Shown in pieces: positions 38,246 through 51,367 of a stretch of 64,000 bases of DNA (position 1 is its first letter; every line of letters starts with the position of its first letter). The DNA is taken from the NCBI GenBank assembly GCA_964016885.1, contig OZ024742.1, forward strand, positions 28,148,001 through 28,212,000. The letters are read 5' to 3'. The DNA comes from Eledone cirrhosa (lineage: Eukaryota). Position numbers and translations under genes: made by a program. The notes below the pieces were generated by a model. It had not been told where the DNA came from. It ran no database searches and was given only the letters and a program-made list of their open reading frames with translations.

Positions 38246-38947
38246 ACAAATAACCAAAGAGATTTTTTCAGCAGGAACAATTCTGCCATTATCAATATAT
38301 CGATGATGATGATGATATAGATTCATTTTGCACCTTTTAACAATAATTTTGTACGTTTTCTTTGTTGCTACAATTTACTTCAAAGAAATGTTTTTTTTAA
38401 AGAAAAAGAGTTTATATATTTATTTAGATTGCAATTCTCGTATGGGTAGTAAGAATTGTTCTATTCATGCCAAATTGTGCATATATGCAGCAATAGATCA
38501 TGTTATGCAACTAATATGCAAAGGAAATTATTCTGTACACATCAAAGAAAAGTGTAAAATACATGCAACGTTGATAGATTTTTTATTTTTTTATTTTGTC
38601 ACTTTGAAAGAGGGCTATTATTATCTGATAGCTTGTGGTGGTAATAAATGGTCAAACCTGCTGGGGTTGTCTTACTCTGAGCTCCCGTTCTCTCACCAAC
38701 ATGTAAGTTTGAACCTCCTACAATTACAACGATGAGCGTTCCACTTGTTTCATCAACAGGACATTCATAATATCAACTTGTAAGTTGCTGCACATTCAAC
38801 AAACACATACTCTTAACATAATTCTAGGGAGATTCAGTGTGACAGAGTATGTGACAAAGCTAACTCTTTAAATTGCAGGTGTAGTTATTTCATTGCTAAG
38901 ATAGTAACTTATAGTTTTTATATAATATTATGTTGGAAGATTTTAAT

Positions 38948-39538
38948 TTAATCTTTTAGCATTTACATTACTCAATATTTACTATTGTATTTTCACAGTA
39001 AAGTCTTTATCTCACAAAATTATCTCTCATTATTTTGAGGGTGGTGGATTGGCAGTATCGGTAGAGGGTCGGACGTCATGCTTTACAGCATAGAGTTACT
39101 GCCCTTTATGGTCCGAGTTCAAATCCCGCCGAGATTAACTTAGCCTTTCATCCTTACGGGGTCGATAAAATAAAGTACTAGTAAAACACTGGGATAATTG
39201 CTGGCTTTGTGCCAAATGTAGGAGCAATTATTTTGAGGGCGGTGGATTGACAGTATCGGTAGAGGGTCGGACACCATGATTTCAGCAAAGAGTTACGGCC
39301 CTTTATGGTCTGAGTTCAAATCCCGCCAAGTTTAACTTTGTCTTTCATCCTTTCGGGGTCGATAAAATAAAGTACCAGTAATGCACTGGTTAATTGCTGG
39401 CCTTGTGCCAAAAGTAGAAACAATTATTTTGAGAATATTAGTTACGTTGGTATGAGCGGCCATTTATAGCTGGTTTGAACAGAAGGTGGTGAGAAAATTC
39501 TGGCTGGTTACGTCTGATTTAAATGCTAAAGGGTTAAA
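38948..39538. mobile_element. piggyBac-like MITE interrupted by two tandem Meta-domain SINEs (39040-39226 and 39238-39422, + strand)
   Basis: MITE termini TTAATCTTTTAGCATTTA / TAAATGCTAAAGGGTTAA. The 11-bp ATTATTTTGAG occurs at 39029, 39227 and 39423 and brackets both SINEs. Confidence 0.88.
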
Positions 39539-39559
39539 TAGGAACAATTTAAAGAGGTC

Positions 39560-39887
39560 TTTATCATTTCATAGAACCTGAGTCAGTTTTGAAGAATTTT
39601 GCGGGATTTACAAAATGTATCATTTCATTACTGAGCTAATCATATATGGTTCTTATATAAAATTATGTTGGAAGATTGCAATTTAAATAAGAAATATTTA
39701 AAGGGGGTTGTATTTAATAGAACTTGAGTCAGTTTTGAAGAATTTTGAGGGATTTACAAAATTTATTTTTTCGTTATGGTTCTTATATAAAATTATGCTA
39801 TAAGATTGCAATTAAATAAATATTTAAAATGGGTTGCATTACATAGAATTGAGTCAGTTTTAATCAGGTTGGTATCAAATGGGTTAA
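39560..39887. repeat. Locally duplicated ~140-bp unit ending in a TTAA-type terminus
   Basis: TAGAAC.TGAGTCAGTTTT at about 39572, 39718 and 39844; ends in GGTATCAAATGGGTTAA. Confidence 0.7.
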
Positions 39888-40429
39888 AACATATGAGAGG
39901 AGTACACTTGAACTTCCCATAGAGACATGGATTTATAACACATGAGCACTTAAACTTACCAGAGAGACATGATCTGTTTTAGCTATTCTGTTTAGCAAAT
40001 GAATCAATATGTATATAAGCCTGTCACTCCCTCCTCCTCCTCCTCCATATATTATATTTCTTAGGTACTTTAAACATCTTGTTCTTTCACTTAATATGCT
40101 TAAAAGAAGCAAGAAAGATTAGATGTAGCTTCACTTAAGATACTTATAGGAACATCTATTACATGTCAAGCTATTAGCAAACAGAGTAATATACTGAGAT
40201 GATAAAACATACTTTAGGTAAAGAGTTTAGATACTAAGCTAAAGATTATAAGGAAACTGTGTATTCATATATAAAGAAAAGGGAAGCCATTGTAGTGAAC
40301 TTCATGTATAAGATGATTACTCTCCACCTGATCCAGAGTTCAAACCTTGCAATAATCACCATTATCAACATCTCTATGAGGTATCAACTACTACTCATCC
40401 TCTTCTTCTGTGCTTTGCATTTCATCATT

Positions 40430-40905
40430 ACAGAGTTGATAAAATAAAGTACCAGTAACACACTGGGGTTGATTTAATTGACTTACCCCTCCCCCAAAGT
40501 TGTTGGCCTTGTGCCTAAATCAGAAACGATTATTAGGAAGATGAATAGACAGAATTGTTAAGATGCCTTGCAGAATTAATTCCAGCTTGTAGTAGTGGCC
40601 AATTTAACCAATGAATCACTCTCCAAATTTCTAGTTATGTGCCGATGTTAGAAACATACTCCTGATCACCATTTATCATTTGTTTGTTCTGGTAAAAATT
40701 ATTTTTGTTATTTAGTAAAATTTGGGTAGAAAAAGTTGGTGGACTGGCTCATTACATCCCGAGTTCAAATGACGTCAAGGTCTACTCTGCCTTTCATCCT
40801 TTCAGGATCGGTAAAATAAAGTACCAGTCCCATACTAGGGTTGATGTAATGAACTTTCCCCTCCCCACAAATTGCTGGCCTCGTACCTAAATTAGAAATC
40901 ATTAT
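40430..40905 (+). mobile_element. Two partial Meta-domain SINEs
   Basis: GATAAAATAAAGTACCAG...CTGGCCT.GT.CCTAAAT.AGAAA at about 40437-40530 and 40760-40900. Confidence 0.75.
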
Positions 40906-41054
40906 TTTGCATTTATTTATGGTCCTTTCAAATTACGCTGAACAAACAAAGTACCAGGCAAGTACTTGTGTGTGACACCTCACACCTATGCAGGTTTAGC
41001 TGGCCTCCTCCAAGGTATATCTCGTTGGAGGTGTCTTGGGTGATTTAATAGAGA

Positions 41055-41214
41055 CCCCAGTCCCTATCATCTCATTTCTACAGCTGAGTAAACTGGAGCA
41101 ATGTGAAATAAAGTGTATTGCTCAAGAAAACAACACATCACCCGGTCCGAGAATTGAACTCACAACCTTTCGATTGCAAGCCCAATGCTCTAACCACTAA
41201 GCCATGCACCTTCA
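41055..41214 (-). mobile_element. 5' half of a CORE-like tRNA SINE
   Basis: Reverse complement of 49655-49815, including the A box TGGCTTAGTGG and B box GAGTTCAATTC. Confidence 0.85.
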
Positions 41215-42486
41215 AGTACTTGGGTCAACATAATTGAACTGCTGGCCTTGTGGCTAAATCAGAAACAATTATTACAATTAAACATCATGCAGGCCAATGG
41301 TGGTTTACATTGACAGGAAACACTCCTATGTACTTCTTTGTTTAAATCCTTATATTATAAAAAAATGTTTCAGGTTTTTCTGCTAGACATTTTCATTCAT
41401 GTTTTTGCTGTATTTTTCCTTATTCTAGTGTGGAAGGAAGGGCTGGGGCCGATGGTGGTTTAACCTTTACATTGCTGTATTTTTAGTGAAATAATCTACC
41501 TCTCTGTTTCAATTAATTTGGAAAATCCAAAATTTGGTAAAATTTAATAAAATAACCTTTACATAATTAACCTGATATTCAGAACTCTTAAAAATTTCTT
41601 TAAATATATTTTGATGGAAATTTTTAATATAGATATTTAAGGAGTTTTCTGTTATAAAACATCTGCTGTATCAGAGTTTGGTATTAAAATGGTTAAGCAG
41701 AGGACAGGTAGAGGGGATTGAGGATAAAAAAAAAGAAAGAAATTCTCTAGGCATTCATGTTTATTTTGTTTTTAAATTGCCACTCCTAGTTTTATTTTGC
41801 ATTTATTTTATTCATATTACTGGATTAACGCAAACAAAATAAATCTTCTAATTTGTTTTTATGTTCTTGTTTTTTTGCATGATTTATTTTATTTATCTTG
41901 TTTTATTTTTTTCTAGTTGTGAAAATATAAGATATTTAGTTACATCCATTTGCATTCTAGATTCATTTGCCACTGAAGGAATTGGTTTCAGATTGTATGT
42001 GTGTGTGTATGGGGGGGGGGGGGGGGGGGGGAGGGTCGGCTTCTCTGTAGATATTTATGAGGTTGATAAAATAAGTACCAGTAAAGTACTTGGTATCAGT
42101 TAAAATCACATCATATCTTCTACACAAGTCAATGATCGCAAAATGTGAAGCCTTGAGTTAAATTTATAAATTATGTTTTTCATATTGTATTTAACTTTTT
42201 ATTTTTACTTTACTTCATATATCTATTTATTTATTATTATTAAAAAAAAGTTCTGCTTAAATTTATTTCAATAGAATGCATAAAAATAATCACTACTTAT
42301 ATATTTCTTTTAACAAAAGAGAGAAAAACAAAACAATGTGAGGAAGCATAGATGAACTGTTGGAGAGCTGTGTCACTGATAAACAGGATCTTTTCACTGT
42401 TGGATGCAAGCTTTGCTGATGGATCAGATGATCTTCATGGAGGTGCTTGGTTATTCCCAAGTCTTAGCATTGACATCACGCATAAT

Positions 42487-42670
42487 AATTGTTTCTACTT
42501 TTGGCACAAGGCCAGAAATTACCCAGTACATTACTGGTACTTTATTTTATCGACCTCATGAGGATGAAAGGCAAAGTTAACCTTGGCAGGATTTGAACTC
42601 AGACCATAAAGGACCGCAACTCTATGCGTCAAAGCATGGTGTCCGACCCTCTACCGATACTGCCAATCCA
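42487..42670 (-). mobile_element. Meta-domain SINE
   Basis: Reverse-complement match to 39040-39226. Confidence 0.85.
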
Positions 42671-42940
42671 GCACACACATAATAATGAGGGTGTGTTGGC
42701 TTGCCTCAAAAATTATTACAGGGAAACTCTAGAACACCTTGTTGGAGAATGTGATCGACTGTGTGTGGCTTCTTGTAATTTTCTTGTTTGTTTTGTTTTA
42801 TATATGTATATATATATCTATATAGCATCATCATCACCATTTAACATCCATTTCTCCATGCTAGCACGGGTTAGATGAGTTGTCCAAACGTGAACCAAGC
42901 CGGAGCAGATGACTGACTCCAGCTCACACAGGATTGATTT

Positions 42941-42973
<33 letters not shown>

Positions 42974-43488
42974 TGGAATTTCGTATTTCTAAAGAAATGG
43001 GGTATGTTTATAAATAAACATTTAGAAAGCTATAGTTATGCAAAAACACTGGCAGCTATCACCACCTGGCAGTATCCAGCAGAAGCAAGAGGGACAATCG
43101 TCGATGCATTTCTAACAGAACTGGTTCTCATCCGAATGATCCCTCCTGCTCTTGCAACTGCTGGACTTTGAAAACAGGCGAGAATATATAGTTTTCTCGT
43201 CTGTGTAAATGAGCTGATTAATCTCATTTGTATATGAAGCTGTATAAGTTGGCTCAACTTAGAATAGAATTAGAATTTAGCTTCAAGCATAGCTGTATAC
43301 AGATATGTATTTGAATTTCGTATTTCTAATGAAATCAACTGGCTATTGAAAACAGCAAGAGCTCAGCCACTGCTGAGCACTAACTTTTCGCTATACATAC
43401 ACTTTACTCTTTCAAGTACTTAGCTGAAGATGGTCTTACTAGTCTAAACTAGTAACTCCTAATCTATCTATGTATCTTTCTCTCTATC

Positions 43489-43548
<60 letters not shown>

Positions 43549-44286
43549 TGCATGTGTGTGCATGTATAAATTGTGTTTATTATTACTTTTCTTTTACTCT
43601 TTAATAGGTATTAGACATTGAATTCACAACTCAGTGATTTCTAAAAGGAAGGGCATCCAGCTGTAAAAAAGCCCATGCAAGCTTCACTTGCTATTTTAAA
43701 GCAAGATGAAAGTAAAATGTAACTCTAGCTCCTGTAGACATTCCTAGTTTATCTTTTTACATTTATTTCTTTCATATTAATTTAGTAACCGACATATTTT
43801 TTAACCTGTATCTCCACAAACATGGATAGATTGATATACAAAATAAATGAGAAATGTTGTTTATTTGAGTTTAAACACATAAATAAATATAAATAACTTT
43901 AGACTTTAGTTTTTTGTTTCATTTAGTTATCAATTTAAATATGCCTTTTGGGTTTTTTTCTTATCGTGGAATAGAAAAAACTATAGAGTTTGGAAGGAAA
44001 CCAACAAATTTATGTATATAGCTTGTAATTCATTGTAAGTGTGTGTGTGTGTGCGTAAGCATGTGTTTATATATATATAATCATTAAAAGATGATGATGA
44101 TATATACAATATATATATATGTTAAATGTTGATATATATATATTATATATTTAAAATTAAACTTAAAAAATAGCTGGTAACATTCAGTAATAAAGGATTC
44201 AATACCGAAATTGAGTCTAAATATTTTATTAGATAGAAATGCAGGCTGATTGTGACTGATGTTTCACCACCATTTTCTCTCACAAT

Positions 44287-44335
44287 TTTTTTCTGATGAG
44301 CCCTTGTTAAAGAAACTCTGAAACTAGTCATTTTG
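44287..44335 (+). ncRNA. Degenerate minimal hammerhead motif
   Basis: CTGATGA (44293-44299) ... GAAA-CTAG-TC (44320-44329) with palindromic ACTAGT stem III. Stems I and II pair poorly. Confidence 0.45.
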
Positions 44336-44369
44336 CATACTTATCTCATATATATTTACATAGCAATAT

Positions 44370-44414
<45 letters not shown>

Positions 44415-44673
44415 TAGTCCTTCATCAGTGATCTTCCAACCATCATTGGTATTTCATCGCTTTAAAGACCATATACCTCCGGTTGGTGCGAACAACGGCT
44501 AAAAAAAGTCGTTGGGACACGTAAATAAAGGGGACACGAGTGTAAACAAACAAAAATGGTGAAGCACCGAAAAATGAGGAAGAAGGAGTCAAGTCCCAAA
44601 TTTCTATGAATTTAAATTCGGTGAAAACGTGAACGAGATATATATATATATATATATTGAAATAACAGATTAA

Positions 44674-44724
44674 AGTTTAAGCAAAGAATCGCTGCTTTCA
44701 CCCTTAACGGGATCTTCTGAAACT
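44674..44724 (-). ncRNA. Inverted copy of the 44934 hammerhead with a core mutation (CAGAAGA)
   Basis: 44660-44727 is an inverted repeat of 44931-44998. The U4>A change should inactivate it. Confidence 0.65.
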
Positions 44725-44933
44725 AAAAAAATCAATCTGGGAACGCAGAAGTGAATATTTCAAAAAACGTTGCAACCAAAGGAAGACAGGAAGACGATAC
44801 TTTGGTTTGTGGAAACGTTCCCTGGCAAAGAACAGAAAAAAACGAATATATATATGGCGGACTGAATATGCATGCGTGTGATTTTTTGCCATTCCTTCGA
44901 CTTCTCTCTATTTATCTTTCTATTTCATCTTTT

Positions 44934-44984
44934 AGTTTCTGAAGATCCCGTTATGGGTGAAAGCACCGATTCTTTGCTTAAACT
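44934..44984 (+). ncRNA. Type-I hammerhead ribozyme motif, predicted cleavage after CUU (44979)
   Basis: Stem I AGTTT/AAACT; core CTGAAGA (44939-44945); stem II T.T + CCC-gttat-GGG; GAAA (44959-44962); stem III AGCA-ccgattctt-TGCT; H17=U. Confidence 0.78.
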
Positions 44985-45304
44985 TTAATCTGTTATTTTA
45001 ATAAATATTTGCTCTACGGTTCTTATATATTTGATATATATTTATCCTTATCGAACCCTCTTTGGATTTTAGTCTTCAAATTTATTATTATTACTATTAT
45101 ATATATATATATATATACATATATATACATATATATATATATACATATATATATATACACATATATATATACATATATATATATACACATATATATATAT
45201 ACATATATATATATACATATATATATATACATATATATATATACACATATATATATACACATATATATATATACATATATATATATACATATATATATAT
45301 ACAC

Positions 45305-45467
<163 letters not shown>

Positions 45468-45570
45468 ATATGTATATATGGCTGACTGAATATGCATGTG
45501 TGTGATTTTTTGTCATTCCTTCCTCTTCTCAATCTTTATCTTTCTACTTCATCTTTTATTTCTCATTCTA

Positions 45571-45608
45571 CCTTCTGATGAAGGACTAGTGTCCAAAACC
45601 TTAAGACT
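45571..45608 (+). ncRNA. Degenerate hammerhead motif
   Basis: CTGATGA-A-GGAC-tagt-GTCC-AAAAC (G12 lost). A 5' half with the same CTGATGAAGGACTA lies on the minus strand at 44415-44428. Confidence 0.5.
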
Positions 45609-45718
45609 CTTTTCCTATTATATCAAGCGTTAAACTAATATATTTCTTCATTGTATTGTGTCAATTGCTTTGTTATTTTTGTTTACTTTTACATACACCC
45701 CTCCCCCACACACATATA

Positions 45719-45820
<102 letters not shown>

Positions 45821-46270
45821 ATTGAGGTTGGTAATGGCACATGGAATATATAAGAGACAGAATACTTTTTTGTGAAAAAACATATAATTTTATAAGGTAA
45901 GGAAATAATAAAGGGTATAAAAAATGACCGGTTTCGATGGGTCTGCAAAAGCCATCTTTTCAAATGTTGATTAATATTAAGAAAAATTAATAATAAGAAG
46001 AGTTAAAATTTGAGATTTGAAAATTCAAGTATAAAATTCATTGTGGGATTTCATAGTAGTTTTCATCTTGGTAGCAGCTCGTTGACTGCTTCTGGTAGTG
46101 AATGAGAAGTTATTTGGGGGTGTGGGTTATTTTATAAAGGTCAAATTTAGCAATGGCCAGATGGCCAGCTGCTGGTCAGTGTGGGGGTGGAAGCAATATA
46201 CATACATATATCTTCCTGTGCTCGGTAGGAGAGGGGAGATTGATAGAAAGGGATTTAGTGCACTTACACC

Positions 46271-46928
46271 CCAGCAACTTAACAATCCAAAACAGAAAAC
46301 CACACTCAACACCCTGCCATATGTATCCACTTTCAACCCCAGAAATACCGAAATGTTTGATCACCTACACAAAAACCTCCCCATCCTACTTAAAGATGTA
46401 AAAATGAAGTCTATTCTTGAAACACACAAGATCCTTAAAAGTAAAAGACAACCCAAATCACTAAAACGCATTCTCACTGGACCAAATATACCCAAACCAA
46501 TCCTCAACCCTACAGTTACCAAATGTGGTAGAACAAACTGTGGAACGTGCCTCTACCTCACTGAAGGACAAAAATTTACATTTAAAGATGGCCAAACATT
46601 TACAGTAAAAAACAATTTCACCTGCAACTCGGAGAACTTGATTTACGCAATAACTTGCGGTGGGTGCAAACACAACTACATAGGACAGACGGGCACCTCA
46701 TTACGCAAAAGAATGACCATCCACCGCCAACAAATCCGGGACGCTAGCACAAGAAAAATCCCCTTGAGCAGCCATATTGCGAACTGCGCAGGAATGACAC
46801 TACCCAACTTTAAAATCTTCCCCTTCTACAAGTGCTCAGATTCGTTCACACAGCAACAAAGAATAAACAATGAAAATCTATTCCTTAACAAATTTAAACC
46901 AAAACTAAACGGGTTATCACCCCAATAG
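46271..46928 (+). CDS. Penelope-like element ORF C-terminus: linker Zn-knuckle plus GIY-YIG endonuclease (RT missing)
   Basis: CGRTNCGTC knuckle; NLIYAITCGGCKHNYIGQTG (GIY-YIG with internal CxxC); R.R..H; PLSSH; E...KFKPKLN. No stops. The first ~58 aa of ORF 46098..46928 come from the inverted pLTR and are not part of the element's protein. Confidence 0.9.
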
Positions 46929-47313
46929 AATTGTCATAAAATATAAACACACATACGCACGGAGTGACAGATATATGTGTTTGTATGTGTGCATGTATAT
47001 AATTATCACTACTATTAAAGACCAGAGACCAATTCTGTAGAATCAGGTTTATTCGTAGACAGACCATGCCTTTGTGTGACCAACACATCCATACTAAACC
47101 CTGCACGTGCACACACATATATCTATATATATATGCGCACACAGAATTCACCACTGTCGGTTGCGGGGCCCAATCTACATGAAGAACTCAATGTGATCAG
47201 AATGACTTGTATTTTAATTTCACTGCCCTAACTTCTTATATTATGGAAACAATATGTGTATGTATGTATATATATATATCTGGAGGCCATTTCTCTGTGT
47301 GTGGGTGTATGTA

Positions 47314-47357
<44 letters not shown>

Positions 47358-47376
47358 CATGTGGATGTATGTATTG

Positions 47377-47419
<43 letters not shown>

Positions 47420-47617
47420 GTGTATCTGGATGTATGCGTATGTGTATATATATGTGTGTGTGTGTGTGTATATATATATGTGTGTGTATGTGTATATATG
47501 TGTGTGTGTGTGTGTGTGTTTGTATGTGTGTATGTATATATATGTGTGTGTGTATGTATGTGTGGGTGTGTGTATATATATGTGTATGTATATGTGTGTA
47601 TATATATGTATGTACAC

Positions 47618-47667
<50 letters not shown>

Positions 47668-47787
47668 TGTATCTGGATGTATGTGTATGTATATATATGT
47701 GTGTGTGTGTATATATATATATGTGTGTGTATGTGCATATATGTGTGTGTATGTGTGTATATGTATGTGTGTGTGTATGTATGTGTG

Positions 47788-47840
<53 letters not shown>

Positions 47841-48193
47841 ATGTATATGTATATGTATGTATGTGTGGATGAAGGTATGTGTGTATATATAGGTGTAAGT
47901 GCACTAAATCCCTTTCTATCAATCTCCCCTCTCCTACCGAGCACAGGAAGATATTTGTATGTATATTGCTTCCACCCCCTCACTGACCAGCAGCTGGCCA
48001 TCTGGCCATTGCTAAATTTGACCTTTATAAAATAACCCACACCCCCAAATAACTTCTCATTCACTACCAGAAGCAGTCAACGAGCTGCTACCAAGATGAA
48101 AACTACTATGAAATCCCACAATGAATTTTATACTTGAATTTTCAAATCTCAAATTTTAACTCTTCTTATTATTAATTTTTCTTAATATTAATC

Positions 48194-48241
48194 AACATTT
48201 GAAAAGATGGCTTTTGCAGACCCATCGAAACCGGTCATTTT
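48194..48241 (+). ncRNA. Minimal hammerhead in the PLE pseudo-LTR with a U3:A8 variant core (mirror copy on the minus strand at 45921-45968)
   Basis: TTGAAAA (48199-48205); stem II GATGG-cttttgcagac-CCATC; GAAA (48227-48230); palindromic ACCGGT stem III; GUC site (48236). Stem I is weak. Confidence 0.6.
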
Positions 48242-48383
48242 TTATACCCTTTATTATTTCCTTACCTTATAAAATTATATGTTTTTTCACAAAAAAGTAT
48301 TCTGTCTCTTATATATTCCATGTGCCATTACCAACCTCAATTTTCTCTATAACCTTCGTTTTGTGTAGTAAATTACACTTTTA

Positions 48384-48421
<38 letters not shown>

Positions 48422-48571
48422 ATATATGATGAATCGTTTGTGGTTTTACTTGCAGTAAAACTACAAACCCTCCATCTCATTCCACTTTTGAAAAGCATAA
48501 GAACTGTGAAACCAGTAAAGGAAACAACTATTCTTAAAAGACTCCAGTTGCATTTTTTATTTCTTTTCCTT

Positions 48572-48634
<63 letters not shown>

Positions 48635-49445
48635 CATTATCATCATCATCATTATAAACATTGCTATCATCATCATTATCTACAACAGGGACCCACAAGG
48701 AGTACAGGATGGCTTGTACAAGATGGCTTCAGAGAACCCTCCCCCATATCACCTGACCTCATATCACTGTGGTAACGAGGTTTAGCTGTATTGTTAAAGG
48801 AATGAAATTATCATTTAGTACTATACTACACAATACCACATTTAAAACTTAATACAATATATATATGAACCAATGCATGTTTTTCTCTGTCTGTGTGTGC
48901 ATGTGTTTGTGTGTGCCTGTATATCTATGTATGTATGTGTGTGAGGATATGTGTGTGTATGTGTGTGTATGTATGTGTATGCCTGTATGTTTGTATGAAG
49001 CTATGTATGTATCTAGCTAGTTAGATATCTATCTATGTATCTATGCATATATGATGGCCACGTGTTTGTATGTGTCTGTTTGTATGTATGTATGCATGCA
49101 TGCATGTATATATATGTATGTATCATATATATACCTATATGCATGTATGTAAATATATATCTATGTATATCTCTCTATGTAAGTAGGTATGTATGTATGT
49201 TCAAATGTTACTAGTTAAATGAATGAGAAAGGGGTTACACAATATCATTTTTAGACTAAATATTTCATTTAAATGATTTATAATTTATTCAATACATGTA
49301 AGATCTGTGCGTGTATGAGTATGTGGGTATGCAAGTGCATTTCTGTATGTGCATGTATGTATATATCTCTAATTGTCTATATGTATGTGGTTAAACCCTT
49401 CCCACTATATCTCCTAGAATTTTACACACACACAGATATATATAT

Positions 49446-49633
49446 AATTGTTTCTACTTTTGGCAAAAGGCCAGCAATTATCCCAGTGTATTACTGATAC
49501 TTTATTTTATCGACCCCATAAGGATGAAAGGCAAAGTTAACCTCGGCGGGATTTGAAATCAATCCGTAAAGGGACGTAACTGTGCTGCAAAGCAAGGCGC
49601 CCGACCCTCTACCGATACTGCCAATCCACCGAC
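49446..49633 (-). mobile_element. Meta-domain SINE, full length
   Basis: Reverse-complement match to 7918-8108. Confidence 0.88.
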
Positions 49634-49654
49634 CACAGATATATATATATAATG

Positions 49655-49988
49655 GAGGCACATGGCTTAGTGGTTAGAGAATTGGCCTTGCAATCGAAAG
49701 GTTGTGAGTTCAATGCTCAGACCGGGTGAAGTGTTGTTTCCTTGAGCAAGGCACTTTATTTCACATTGCTCTAGTTTACTCAGCTGTAGAAATGAGATGA
49801 TAGGGACTGGGGTCCATATCATACCACTGCAAAGTGGTCGTGGAGGTGCCATGGCAAAAAAGCACCCAGAACTCACTGTAAATGAGGTTGGTGTTAGGAA
49901 GGGCATCCAGCTGTAGAAATCAAGCCAGAATCAGTTCCCGTCCCACCCTTGCAAGCAGGGAAAAGTGGACGTAAAATGAAATGATGAA
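49655..49988 (+). mobile_element. Full-length tRNA-derived CORE-like SINE with RTE-related tail
   Basis: A box TGGCTTAGTGG, B box GAGTTCAAT, CCTTGAGCAAGGCACTT central box, tail GTTAGGAAGGGCATCCAGCTGTAGAAA...GGACGTAAAATGA. Confidence 0.88.
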
Positions 49989-50136
49989 TATATATATATA
50001 TATATATATACAATATATTAATAAACGGAAACTATATTTATAAAACCATATTTATTTTATTATACATATTTCAAGGGCAACCAAGGCAAATTATGGTGCG
50101 CTTGTTGAATCCCAACAAATTAAATATAACCTCTGC

Positions 50137-50170
<34 letters not shown>

Positions 50171-50462
50171 TTATACATACATACAACACACATTAACTCC
50201 AACATACACACATTTTCTAACTATTAAACACACACAATATATATATATATACACACACACATACAGACATTAACTCAATCATATTCTGACTACCAAACAC
50301 ACACATATATATATATATATATACACATACACAACACCCATACATACATATACATTGTTACATAAACTAATATACATTCTTAGCATAAAATATACACATA
50401 GCATAAAACACACATACACACACAAACAAAGATTTGAATATTGTTATCTTAAACACAAGGAT

Positions 50463-50498
<36 letters not shown>

Positions 50499-50899
50499 AC
50501 AACATTATTTTTATTGTTACTAGTAGTAGTAGCAACAGCAGTAGTAACAGCAGTAGGAGCATCAGTAGAGCAGCATTATTATTGTTTTCCATTGTTTCAA
50601 TTTTCATGTTTATTGTTTATATATATATATGTTTCTGTGTTTTTTTTTTCTTTTCTTATAAATAATAAAAATCTTTACACACACAAAACCCACATCGTAC
50701 CGTCCTGTGCTATCTGTAATGTTTTTCTTGATGTCAGCCCTTGTGGCCAATTAAGAAATCATTATTATTATTGTTGTTAATAGTAGTAGTAATCCATCAT
50801 CTCTATACAATACCACCACCATATTTTCTCATCAATTACAATTACTTATCTTTGTGTTAGATTGATCAATTCTTGCTATTTTTATTGATTCTCTTTCAA

Positions 50900-51325
50900 T
50901 CTTTTGTTCCAGAAACCCACAGAAATCACGGCCGTACCAAACTGTTGTTAATGTTACTCATGTTGTTCTTAATGTTGTTGTTACTGATTTTGTTGTTGTG
51001 ACAGTTGTTGTTGCTGTTGTTACTGTTGTTGTTGTCCTTACTGTTATTTATGTTGTTGTTATTACTGTTGTTGCTGTTATTACTTTTGTTCCAGAAACCC
51101 ACAGAAATCACGGCTGTCCTAAACTATTGTTGTTGCTGTTACTCTTGTTGCTGCTACTGTTATTACTGTTGCTGTTACAACTGTTGTTGTTGTCATTACT
51201 GTTGTTACTACTATTGTTACTACTGTTGTTGTTACTACTGTTGTTGGTGTTACTACTGTTGTTGTTGTTACTAATATTTTTATTACTGTATTTGTTATTA
51301 CTGTTGTTGTTGTTATTAATGTTAT
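50900..51325. repeat. Duplicated ~180-bp unit with (GTT/ACT)n low-complexity tails
   Basis: CTTTTGTTCCAGAAACCCACAGAAATCACGGC.GT.C.AAACT at about 50901 and 51083. Confidence 0.85.
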
Positions 51326-51367
51326 TAAAACATACAAATATTTTCACTCTTATTTTTAGCCGGTCGA

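Noticed and set aside
42975-43460. Additional hammerheads (CTAAAGA..GAAAGCTATAGTTA at 42989; CTAATGA at 43326; CTGAAGA..TAAACTAGTA at 43424)
   Set aside because: Each has a core mutation and stem I does not pair convincingly. Possibly decayed copies, but unsupported.
46098-46270. N-terminus of the 276-aa ORF (and ORF 47228..48064) as real protein
   Set aside because: It is the antisense pLTR sequence read through by chance.
48688-48771. Possible + strand exon (CAG|GGACCC...CTGTG|GTAACG)
   Set aside because: Weak polypyrimidine tract, 83 nt, no recognisable peptide, and no neighbouring supporting exons.
49655-49730. tRNA genes (also at 6545, 41150 and 58605)
   Set aside because: A/B boxes are present but run into SINE bodies, and there is no complete cloverleaf.
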